NCBI GenBank assembly: GCA_963700145.1
Contig: OY969474.1
Span: 3,328,001-3,392,000 of the forward strand
Direction of reading: 5' to 3'
Length of the DNA stretch: 64,000 nt
Source of the DNA: an uncultured Acidobacteriota bacterium
Lineage (GTDB): Bacteria > Acidobacteriota > Thermoanaerobaculia > Multivoradales > UBA5704
The translations under genes were made by a program, and so were the position numbers. Position 1 is the first letter of the stretch; each line of letters starts with the position of its first letter. Below, piece after piece: positions 39,752-48,411 of the stretch. The notes under the pieces are model-generated. The model was not told the DNA's origin and made no database searches. It saw only the letters and a program-made list of their open reading frames with translations.

Positions 39752-42700
39752 AGCGGCGAGCGGCGTCGCCGTCGTCGGCATGGCGGGGCGCTTCCCCGGC
39801 GCCGCCGACGTCGAGCGCTTCTGGGAGAACCTGGCGGCGGGGACCGAGTCGGTGACCTTCTTCCCCCGCGAGGAGCTCGCGGCGGCGGGGGTCGAGCCGG
39901 CGGCGCTCGACGATCCGGCCTACGTGCCAGCGCGGGCGGCGATCGAAGGAGCGGAGCTGTTCGATGCCGAGCTCTTCGGCTACACCCCGCGCGAGGCGGC
40001 GCTCACCGACCCGCAGCACCGGCTCCTGCTGGAGTGCGCCTGGGAGGCGCTCGAGCACGCCGGCCACGACCCGCGCCGCTTCGACGGGCTGATCGGCGTC
40101 TATGTCGGCGCCGGGTTCAACGCCTACCTGCTCCTCAACCTGATCGCCCGCCGCGAGGAGCTGGCGGCGGTGGGGCCCTTCCAGACCCTGCTGGCGAACC
40201 AGGGCGACTTCCTGGCCAACCGCCTCTCCTACAAGCTGGGGCTGCGCGGTCCGAGCCTGACGGTGCAGACCGCCTGCTCGACCTCCCTCGTCGCCTTGCA
40301 CCTTGCGGTCCAGAGCCTGCTCAACGGCGAGTGCGACCTGGCTCTCGCCGGCGGCGTCCGGATCGCGCTGCCGCGGCCGGCGGGCTACCTCTACCAGCCC
40401 GACGGCATCCTCTCCGCCGACGGCCACTGCCGCCCCTTCGACGCCGCCGCCAGCGGCGCGGTGGACGGCGAGGGGGCGGGGATCGTGGTCTTGAAGCGCT
40501 TGGCCGACGCCCTGGCCGACGGCGACCACGTCCACGCGGTCGTCCTGGGCACGGCGATCAACAACGACGGCGACGAGCGGGTCGGCTTCTCCGCGCCCGG
40601 CGTCGGCGGGCAGGCCGGCGTGCTGGCCATGGCCCAGGCGGTGGCCGGCGTCGATCCGGAAACGATCGGCTTCATCGAAGGACACGGCACGGCCACTCCC
40701 TTGGGCGACCCGATCGAAGTGGCAGCCCTGCGTCAGGTCTTCGCGGCCTCGACCTCCCGCAAGCGGTTCTGCGCCCTGGGCTCGGTCAAGGGGAACGTCG
40801 GGCACCTGGACGCTGCGGCCGGGGTGACCTCGCTGATCAAGACCGTGCTCGCGCTGGAGCGCGGTGTGATCCCACCGACCCCGCACTTCCAGCGGCCGAA
40901 CCCGCGCCTGGGGCTTGAGGAGAGCCCGTTCTTCGTCAACGCCGAGCCCCTCCCCTGGCCCTCCACCGCGGCGCCGCGGCGGGCCGGGGTGAGCTCCTTC
41001 GGGATGGGGGGAACCAACGCCCATGTCGTGCTGGAGGAGGCGCCGGCGGTGCCGGCGGGGGACCCGTCCCGCCCCTGGCAGCTCCTCGTGCTCTCGGCGG
41101 CGAGCGCTCCGGCTCTCGAGGCGACGACCGACCGCCTGGCGGACCACTTCGCCCGCCATTCCGAGCTGGACCTCGCCGACGTCGCCTTCACCCTCCAGGT
41201 CGGCCGGCAGGAGCTGGCGCACCGGCGGACGCTGGTCTGCCGGAGCCTGGCCGAGGCACGGGAGGCGCTGGCCGCGCGCGACCTCAGGCAGGTGCGGTCC
41301 GCGGTCGTCGATCGCGAAACCAGCGCGCCGCGGGAAGCGGTCGCCGGCCCGCCGACGGGCGGGGATGGGCCCGAGACCCTCGAAGCTCTGGGCGCGCGCT
41401 GGTTGGCCGGGGCCGAGGTGGATTGGCGGGCCCTCCACACCGGCGAGCGGCGGCTGCGGATCCCGCTTCCCACCTACCCGTTCCAGCGCCAGTGGCACTG
41501 GATCGGTCCCCTGGTGGAGGTGCGGGCCGAGCCCGCCCGGCGCGAGCCCGGGGAGCCCAGGCCGCGGCGGCCGCGCCCCGCCGTCGGCCGCCCGTACGAG
41601 CCGCCGCGCGGCGACCTCGAGCGGCGGCTCGCCGACCTCTTCGAGGACCTCCTCGGGGTGGCGCCGGTGGGGGCCTTCGACAAGTTCTTCGAGCTCGGCG
41701 GCCACTCGCTCCTCGGCCTCCAGCTCCTCTCCCGGGTCAAGAGCGAGTTGGGCCCGGAGATGCGGCTGGAGGCGCTCTTCGAGAACTCGTCGGTGGCGGA
41801 CCTCGCGGCGCTGATCGCCGCGGCCGACGAGGATCGGGTGGGCGGCGCCGGAGACGTCATCCCGCGCGTCCGCCGCGACGGCGACCTGCCGCTCTCCTTC
41901 GCCCAGGAGCGGCTCTGGCTCCTCGACCGCCTCGATCCCGGGACGCCCACCCTCAACCTCACCGAGGGAGTCCGCCTCACCGGACGCCTCGACGTGCCCG
42001 CCTTCGCCCGCGCCCTCGCCGAGGTCGTCCGCCGGCACGAGGCGCTGCGCACCGCCTTCGTCGACGTCCAGGGGCGGCCCGCCCAGCGCATCCTGCCCGC
42101 CGTCGAGGTGGCGCTGCCGCTGGTGGACCTCTCCGCCCTGCCGGAGGAGCGGCTGGAGGCCGAAGCCGAGCGGCTCGCCGTCCGGGCCGGCGACCATCGC
42201 TTCGACCTCTCCCGCCCCCCGCTCCTCACGGCCGCGCTCCATCGCCTCGCCGATTCACCGCTGGAGCGGCACGACGTCGTGCTGGTCCTCCACCACATCG
42301 TGGGCGACGGCTGGTCGACCTCCGTCCTTTTCGCCGAGCTGACCGAGATCTACCGCGCCTTCGTCGCCGGCCTCCCTTCGCCGCTGCCCGAGCTGCCCGT
42401 CCAGTACGTCGACTTCGCGGCCTGGCAGCGGGCGCGGCTGGGCGAGGCGGAGATGGCCCGCCAGCTCGCCGGCTGGAAGACGCGGTTGGCGCCGCCGCTC
42501 CCCGTCCTCGACCTCCCCACCGACCGGCTGCGGCCCTCCGTCCAGACCTCCCGCGGGCTCACCGAAAAGCTGTTCCTGCCGCCGGAGGCGGCCGGCGCCG
42601 TGCGCGCCCTCGGCGCGGACCGGGGGGCCACCCCGTTCATGGTGCTGCTCGCGGGCTACGCCCTCCTCCTCTCCCGCTGGAGCGGCCAGGAGGACCTGGT

Positions 42701-45700
42701 CGTCGGCGCGCCGATCGCCGGCCGCGACCGCCGGGAGCTGGAGCGGATGATCGGCGTCTTCCTCAACATGCTTCCCCTGCGCCTCGACCTCGCGGGCGGC
42801 CCGACGTTCCGCGTCCTGCTCGACCGGGCGCGCGAGACCGCGCTCGCCGCCTACGCCGGCCAGGACGTGCCCGTCGAGCGGCTCATCGAGGAGGCCCAGC
42901 CCAAGCGCGACCTCTCGCGCTCGCCGCTCTTCCAGGTGCTGCTCAACGTCCAGGAGTTCCCTCACCCGGCATTCGACGTCCCGGGCCTGGCGATCGAACC
43001 CCTGCCCCTGCGCGAGGTGCCGTCGCGGTTCGACCTCACGATCTACGGCGAAGAGGTGCGGAGCGGAGGGATCTCGTTGGAGCTGGTCTACAACGCCCAC
43101 CTCTTCGACCGCGCCGCGATGGCGGGGTTCCTCGCCCAGCTCCGGCAGCTCCTGGAGCGCGCGGCGGCGGCGCCGGACACGCCGATCTCCCGGCTCTCCC
43201 TCCTGACGCCCGCGGCCGCGGCCGTCCTCCCCGATCCCCGCGCCCCGCTCGGCGCCGGCCCCTGGACGGGCGCGGTGCACGAGCGCTTCGCCGAGCGGGC
43301 GCGGCGCGCCCCGGACCGCCCCGCGATCCGCGACGCCGGCGGCACCTGGACGTACGGCGAGCTGGCGGCGCGGGCGGACGGCCTCGCCCGGCGCCTGCGC
43401 GCGGCTGGCGTCGGACGCGGCGACCTGGTGGCGATCTACGCCCACCGGAGCGCGCCGCTTGTCCAGGCGCTCCTCGGCGTTTTGGAGGCCGGCGCAGCGT
43501 TCCTGGTCCTCGACCCCGCGCATCCGGCATCGCGGCTGGCGGCCGCTGTTCGCCGCGCCCGCCCGCGGGCCTGGGTGGCGCTCGCCGCCGCGGGTCCCGC
43601 AGGGGACGAGCTGGCGGCGGCGCTCGCCGCGGTGCCGCGGATCGACCTCGACGCCGCCGGCGGCCCGGATGGACCGGCGGACCTCGGCGCCGTCGGCGTC
43701 GCCACGCGGGCGGACGACCTCGCCTACGTGGCCTTCACCTCGGGCTCGACCGGCGAGCCCAAAGGGATCCTCGGCACCCACGGCCCGTTGGCCCATTTCT
43801 GCGCCTGGCAGGCCGAGCGGTTCGCCCTGGGGCCGGACGACCGCTTCAGCCTGCTGTCGGGGCTCTCGCACGACCCGCTGCTACGCGATGTCTTCACGCC
43901 TCTTTCCCTGGGCGCCCTGCTCTGCGTCCCCGATCCCGACGAGATGGGATCGCCCCACCTCCTGGCCGGCTGGATGGCGCGGCAAGAGATCACCGCCTGT
44001 CACCTCACCCCCGCCCTCGGGCAGTTGCTGGCCGCGGGCGGAACGCCCCTCCCGGTTCTGCGGCACGCCTTCTTCGGCGGCGACGTCCTGGCCGAGCGCG
44101 ACGTCGCCGGCCTGCGGGGCCTCGCCCCCGCCGCGGCCTGCATCAACTTCTATGGCACCACCGAGACCCCTCAGGCCGTGGCCTGGCACGACGCCGCCGG
44201 GGCCGGCGCCTGGCCGGGGCGCCGGGTGCCGGTGGGCAAGGGGATCGACGGCGTCCAGCTCCTAGTGCTCGGTGCCGGCGGCGAGCTCGCCGCGCCGGGC
44301 GAGCTGGGGGAGGTCTGCGTGCGGACGCCGCACCTCTCCCGCGGCTACCTCGGCGACGAGCGGCTCACCGCCGAGCGCTACGTCCCCAACCCGGCCACCG
44401 GCGACCCGGCCGACCGCGTCTACCGCACCGGCGACCTGGGGCGCTACCGGAGCGACGGCGCGGTCGACCTCGCCGGCCGCCGCGACCGCCAGCTGCAGGT
44501 GCGGGGCTTCCGCGTCGAGCCGGCCGAGGTCGAGGCGGCGCTGGCGCTCCATCCGGCGGTGCGCGACGCCGTGGTGGGGCTGCGCGAGGCGCCCGGCCGC
44601 GGCGACGGCCGCCCGATCCTGACCGCCTGGCTCGCGGCCGCGCCGGACGAGCCCCGGCCCCGCCCCGGCGAGCTGCGCGACCTGCTCCGCCGGGACCTGC
44701 CCGACCCGATGGTGCCGGAGGCGTTCGTCTGGCTCGAGCGCCTCCCCTTGACCCCGCACGGCAAGCTCGACCGCGCGGCCCTCCCCGCCCCCGATCCGGC
44801 CGAGGGGAGGGGCGCTGAGGCCGCCGAGGCCCCGGTCACCTCCGAGGAGGAGCGGGTGGCGGCGCTCTGGCGCGAGCTCCTCGGCCTCGAGCGGGTGGGC
44901 CGGCACGAGAACTTCTTCGAGCTCGGCGGCCACTCGCTGCTCGCCGCCCGCATGGTGGCCGCCCTGCGCGAGGCCTTCGACGTCGAGGTGCCGCTGCGCG
45001 CCCTCTTCGAGCGGCCCACGGTGGCCGGAGTGGCCGGCATCCTGGCAGAGCTCTGCGCCGAGCGCACCGGTGGCGCCGACCGCATCCCGCGCCTGCCGCG
45101 CGACGGCCGGCGCTTCCCGGTCTCCCCTTCGCAGCTCCGCGAGTGGGTCCTCGACCGCCTGCAGCCGGGCACCGGGGCCTACAACGTCCCCGGCGGCGGC
45201 CGGGTCACCGGGCCGGCCGACCTCTCCGCCCTCGCGCGCGGCATCCAGGAGATCGTGCGCCGGCACGAGTCGCTGCGCACGACCTTCGCCGCGGGCGACG
45301 GCGACGAGCCGGTGCAGGTGATCGCGCCCGAGCTGCGGCTCGCCGTCCCGGTGATCGACCTCGCGGCGCTGCCGGCCGCGGCGCGCGAGGCGGAGGCCCT
45401 GCGGGTGACGGGCGCCGAATGGGCCGCCCCCTTCGACCTCGAGCGCGGGCCGCTGGTGCGGGTGAGCCTCGTGCGGCTGGCGGACGGCGAGCGAGTGCTG
45501 CTCGTCACCTTCCACCACATCGTCGCCGACGGCTGGTCGATGGCGATCTTCTTCCGCGAGCTGGCCGCGCTCTACGCCGCCTTCGCGGCGGGGGGGCCCT
45601 CGCCGCTGCCCGAGCTGCCGATCCAGTACGCGGACTTCGCCGACTGGCAGCGCCGCCGCCTGGCGGGGGAGCACCTCGATCGCCAGCTCGACTACTGGCG

Positions 45701-48395
45701 CCGCCAGCTCGCGGGCGTCGTCCCCCTGGAGCTCCCCACCGACCGGCCGCGCCCGCCGGTGCAGCGGTTCGAAGGGGGGAAGCTCCCCTTCCATCTGCCG
45801 CTCGCGCCGACCGCCGGCCTGCGCGAGCTGGCGCAGCGGCAGGGGGCGAGCCTCTTCATGGCGCTCCTCGCCGCCTTCTCCGCCCTCCTCGCGCGCTACA
45901 GCGGCCAGGAGGACCTGACCGTCGGCACCTACAGCGGCAACCGCGACCGGACCGAGCTCGAAGGGCTCATCGGCTTCTTCATCAACAGCCTCGTGCTGCG
46001 TCTGCGCCTCGCAGACGAGCCGAGCTTCCGCCGGCTCCTCGACCGCGCGCGCGAGGTGACCCTGGAGGCCTTCGCGCACCAGGAGGTCCCCTTCGAAAAG
46101 CTGCTCGAGGCCCTCCGCGTCGAGCGCGACCTCTCGCGCACGCCGCTCTTCCAGGCCATGCTCGTGCTCCACAACTTCCCGCGCGCGGCGGTGGATCTCG
46201 CCGGCGTCCGCCTGGAGCCGCTCCCTTTCGACCAGGGGCACGCCGACTTCGACCTCACCCTCTGGCTGAGCGAGGGCCCGGCGGGCGTCGACGGCGCCTT
46301 CACCTACAGCCTCGCGCTCTTCGAGGAGGCGACGATCGCCCGCCTGGGAGGGCACCTCGCGGCCCTGGTCGGCGCCGCCCTCGCCGAACCGGACCGGCCG
46401 GTCTTCGAGCTGCCGATCCTCGGCGAGGAGGAGCGGCGGCAACTCCTCGCGGAGTGGGGGCGGGGAGCGGAAGCGGCGGCGGAGGAGCGGTGCCTCCACG
46501 AGCTGTTCGTGGAGCGGGCGCGGCGGTCGCCGGCGGCGATCGCCCTGGAGAGCGGCGGTGAGGCGGTCTCCTACGCCGAGCTGCAACGCCGAGCGGACGG
46601 TCTGGCCGCGCGCCTCGGCCGCCTGGGGGTCGGGCCTGAAGCTCTGGTCGGGATCGCCGTCGAGCGCTCGCCGGCGATGGTCGCCGCCCTCCTCGCCGTC
46701 CTCGAGGCCGGCGGCGCCTACTTGCCGCTCGACCCGGCGTACCCGCCGGCGCGGCTCGCGGCGATGATCGAGGACTCCGCCCTCTCCGTGCTGTTGACCG
46801 AGCGGCGGCACCTTCCGCGCCTGCCGGCCACGGGAGCGAAGATCGTGCTCCTCGACGAAGAGGAGCCAGCCAGCAAGGAGAAGCGCTCCGCCCCGCGGCG
46901 CGCGCCCGACCCCCGCCACCCGGCCTACGTCATCTACACCTCGGGCTCGACGGGCCGGCCCAAGGGGGTGGTCGTCGAGCACCGCTCGATCGCCGCCTAC
47001 GCGCTGGGCGCGGCCGAGGCCTTCGCCCTGCGCCCCGAAGACCGGGTGCTCCAGTTCGCCTCGCTCAGCTTCGACACCAGCGGCGAGGAGATCTATCCGA
47101 CGCTGGCGAGCGGGGCCACCCTGGTCCTCCGGTCCGCGGAGATGGCGACCTCCATCGCCGCGTTCCTGCGCGAGCTGGCGCTGCTGCGCATCACCGTCCT
47201 CGACCTCCCCACCGCCTACTGGCACGAGCTGGTGGAAGGGCTCGGACGCGAGGGGACGCTCCCCTCTTGCCTCCGGTTGGTGATCCTCGGCGGCGAGAAG
47301 GCGCTCCCCGACCGCCTCGCCCTCTGGCGCGAAAAGGTCGGTCCCGGCGTGCGGCTGCTCAACACCTACGGGCCGACGGAGGCGACAATCGTCGCCACCC
47401 GCTGCGACCTGACCATCGGGCCGGTTGAGGCGCCGATCGGCCGCCCGATCCCCGGCGCGTGCGCCTACGTCCTCGACCGGCGCGGCGGTCCGGTGCCGAT
47501 CGGCGTCCCGGGCGAGCTGCACCTCGGCGGCACCGGCCTCGCCCGCGGCTATCTGCACCGCCCGGAGACGACGGCCGAGCGGTTCGTCCCCGACCCCTTC
47601 GCGGGCGCGCCGGGCGCGCGCCTCTATCGCACCGGCGATCGGGTGCGCTGGCTGGCGGACGGCGAGCTGGAGTTCCTGGGGCGGCTCGACCAGCAGGTCA
47701 AGATCCGCGGCTTCCGCGTCGAGCTCGAAGAGATCGAGGCGGCCCTGCGCGCTCACGCAAGCGTCCGCGACGCCGCCGTCGCCCTCCGGCGATCGCCGCA
47801 GGGGGACCCGCGCCTCGTGGCCTATCTGGTCCGCGACGGCGGCCCGCCGGACGGGCGGCCTGCCGCGGCCGAGCCGTCCCCCCTCGCCGCGGAGCTGCGG
47901 AGCTTCCTCCAGGCGCGCCTGCCCGAGCACATGGTGCCGGCCCACTACCTCGACCTGCGGTCCCTGCCGCTCACCCCGAGCGGCAAGGTGGACCGCCGGT
48001 CGCTCCCCGAGCCGCGGGGGACGCGCCCCGACGCGGGCGCCGGCTACGTGGCGCCGAGGAGCGAGCTGGAGCGGACCATCGCCGCCGTCTGGCGCGACCT
48101 CCTGGGGGTCGACCGCATCGGCGCCGAGGACAACTTCTTCGAGCTTGGGGCCCACTCGCTGCTGATCGTGCGCGCCCACGGCCGCCTGCGCCAGGCGCTC
48201 GGCCGCGAGCTGACCGCGATCGACCTCTTCCGGCACCCGAGCGTGCGCGCCCTCGCCGAGCACCTGGCGAGCGCGGAGGACCGCCCCGCCTTCGAGCAGG
48301 TCGAGAGCCTCGCCCGGCGGCAGCGGGCCGCGCTCGGCCGCCGGCAGCAGACGAGCGAACGCCTCAAGGCCATGACCGGCGGGAGCAGGCGCTGA
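39744..48395 (+). CDS. Hybrid PKS-NRPS 2: KS-(AT missing)-ACP-C-A-T-C-A-T
   Basis: KS TACSTS/HGTAT/GHL; no GxSxG AT before LPTYPF; C motifs HHIVGDG, HHIVADG; A domains FTSGSTG and YTSGSTG; carriers GGHSL, GGHSL, GAHSL. Confidence 0.95.
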   Translation: MPEAASGVAVVGMAGRFPGAADVERFWENLAAGTESVTFFPREELAAAGVEPAALDDPAYVPARAAIEGAELFDAELFGYTPREAALTDPQHRLLLECAWEALEHAGHDPRRFDGLIGVYVGAGFNAYLLLNLIARREELAAVGPFQTLLANQGDFLANRLSYKLGLRGPSLTVQTACSTSLVALHLAVQSLLNGECDLALAGGVRIALPRPAGYLYQPDGILSADGHCRPFDAAASGAVDGEGAGIVVLKRLADALADGDHVHAVVLGTAINNDGDERVGFSAPGVGGQAGVLAMAQAVAGVDPETIGFIEGHGTATPLGDPIEVAALRQVFAASTSRKRFCALGSVKGNVGHLDAAAGVTSLIKTVLALERGVIPPTPHFQRPNPRLGLEESPFFVNAEPLPWPSTAAPRRAGVSSFGMGGTNAHVVLEEAPAVPAGDPSRPWQLLVLSAASAPALEATTDRLADHFARHSELDLADVAFTLQVGRQELAHRRTLVCRSLAEAREALAARDLRQVRSAVVDRETSAPREAVAGPPTGGDGPETLEALGARWLAGAEVDWRALHTGERRLRIPLPTYPFQRQWHWIGPLVEVRAEPARREPGEPRPRRPRPAVGRPYEPPRGDLERRLADLFEDLLGVAPVGAFDKFFELGGHSLLGLQLLSRVKSELGPEMRLEALFENSSVADLAALIAAADEDRVGGAGDVIPRVRRDGDLPLSFAQERLWLLDRLDPGTPTLNLTEGVRLTGRLDVPAFARALAEVVRRHEALRTAFVDVQGRPAQRILPAVEVALPLVDLSALPEERLEAEAERLAVRAGDHRFDLSRPPLLTAALHRLADSPLERHDVVLVLHHIVGDGWSTSVLFAELTEIYRAFVAGLPSPLPELPVQYVDFAAWQRARLGEAEMARQLAGWKTRLAPPLPVLDLPTDRLRPSVQTSRGLTEKLFLPPEAAGAVRALGADRGATPFMVLLAGYALLLSRWSGQEDLVVGAPIAGRDRRELERMIGVFLNMLPLRLDLAGGPTFRVLLDRARETALAAYAGQDVPVERLIEEAQPKRDLSRSPLFQVLLNVQEFPHPAFDVPGLAIEPLPLREVPSRFDLTIYGEEVRSGGISLELVYNAHLFDRAAMAGFLAQLRQLLERAAAAPDTPISRLSLLTPAAAAVLPDPRAPLGAGPWTGAVHERFAERARRAPDRPAIRDAGGTWTYGELAARADGLARRLRAAGVGRGDLVAIYAHRSAPLVQALLGVLEAGAAFLVLDPAHPASRLAAAVRRARPRAWVALAAAGPAGDELAAALAAVPRIDLDAAGGPDGPADLGAVGVATRADDLAYVAFTSGSTGEPKGILGTHGPLAHFCAWQAERFALGPDDRFSLLSGLSHDPLLRDVFTPLSLGALLCVPDPDEMGSPHLLAGWMARQEITACHLTPALGQLLAAGGTPLPVLRHAFFGGDVLAERDVAGLRGLAPAAACINFYGTTETPQAVAWHDAAGAGAWPGRRVPVGKGIDGVQLLVLGAGGELAAPGELGEVCVRTPHLSRGYLGDERLTAERYVPNPATGDPADRVYRTGDLGRYRSDGAVDLAGRRDRQLQVRGFRVEPAEVEAALALHPAVRDAVVGLREAPGRGDGRPILTAWLAAAPDEPRPRPGELRDLLRRDLPDPMVPEAFVWLERLPLTPHGKLDRAALPAPDPAEGRGAEAAEAPVTSEEERVAALWRELLGLERVGRHENFFELGGHSLLAARMVAALREAFDVEVPLRALFERPTVAGVAGILAELCAERTGGADRIPRLPRDGRRFPVSPSQLREWVLDRLQPGTGAYNVPGGGRVTGPADLSALARGIQEIVRRHESLRTTFAAGDGDEPVQVIAPELRLAVPVIDLAALPAAAREAEALRVTGAEWAAPFDLERGPLVRVSLVRLADGERVLLVTFHHIVADGWSMAIFFRELAALYAAFAAGGPSPLPELPIQYADFADWQRRRLAGEHLDRQLDYWRRQLAGVVPLELPTDRPRPPVQRFEGGKLPFHLPLAPTAGLRELAQRQGASLFMALLAAFSALLARYSGQEDLTVGTYSGNRDRTELEGLIGFFINSLVLRLRLADEPSFRRLLDRAREVTLEAFAHQEVPFEKLLEALRVERDLSRTPLFQAMLVLHNFPRAAVDLAGVRLEPLPFDQGHADFDLTLWLSEGPAGVDGAFTYSLALFEEATIARLGGHLAALVGAALAEPDRPVFELPILGEEERRQLLAEWGRGAEAAAEERCLHELFVERARRSPAAIALESGGEAVSYAELQRRADGLAARLGRLGVGPEALVGIAVERSPAMVAALLAVLEAGGAYLPLDPAYPPARLAAMIEDSALSVLLTERRHLPRLPATGAKIVLLDEEEPASKEKRSAPRRAPDPRHPAYVIYTSGSTGRPKGVVVEHRSIAAYALGAAEAFALRPEDRVLQFASLSFDTSGEEIYPTLASGATLVLRSAEMATSIAAFLRELALLRITVLDLPTAYWHELVEGLGREGTLPSCLRLVILGGEKALPDRLALWREKVGPGVRLLNTYGPTEATIVATRCDLTIGPVEAPIGRPIPGACAYVLDRRGGPVPIGVPGELHLGGTGLARGYLHRPETTAERFVPDPFAGAPGARLYRTGDRVRWLADGELEFLGRLDQQVKIRGFRVELEEIEAALRAHASVRDAAVALRRSPQGDPRLVAYLVRDGGPPDGRPAAAEPSPLAAELRSFLQARLPEHMVPAHYLDLRSLPLTPSGKVDRRSLPEPRGTRPDAGAGYVAPRSELERTIAAVWRDLLGVDRIGAEDNFFELGAHSLLIVRAHGRLRQALGRELTAIDLFRHPSVRALAEHLASAEDRPAFEQVESLARRQRAALGRRQQTSERLKAMTGGSRR

Positions 48396-48411
48396 GATGA
48401 GGGAGCCCGAC

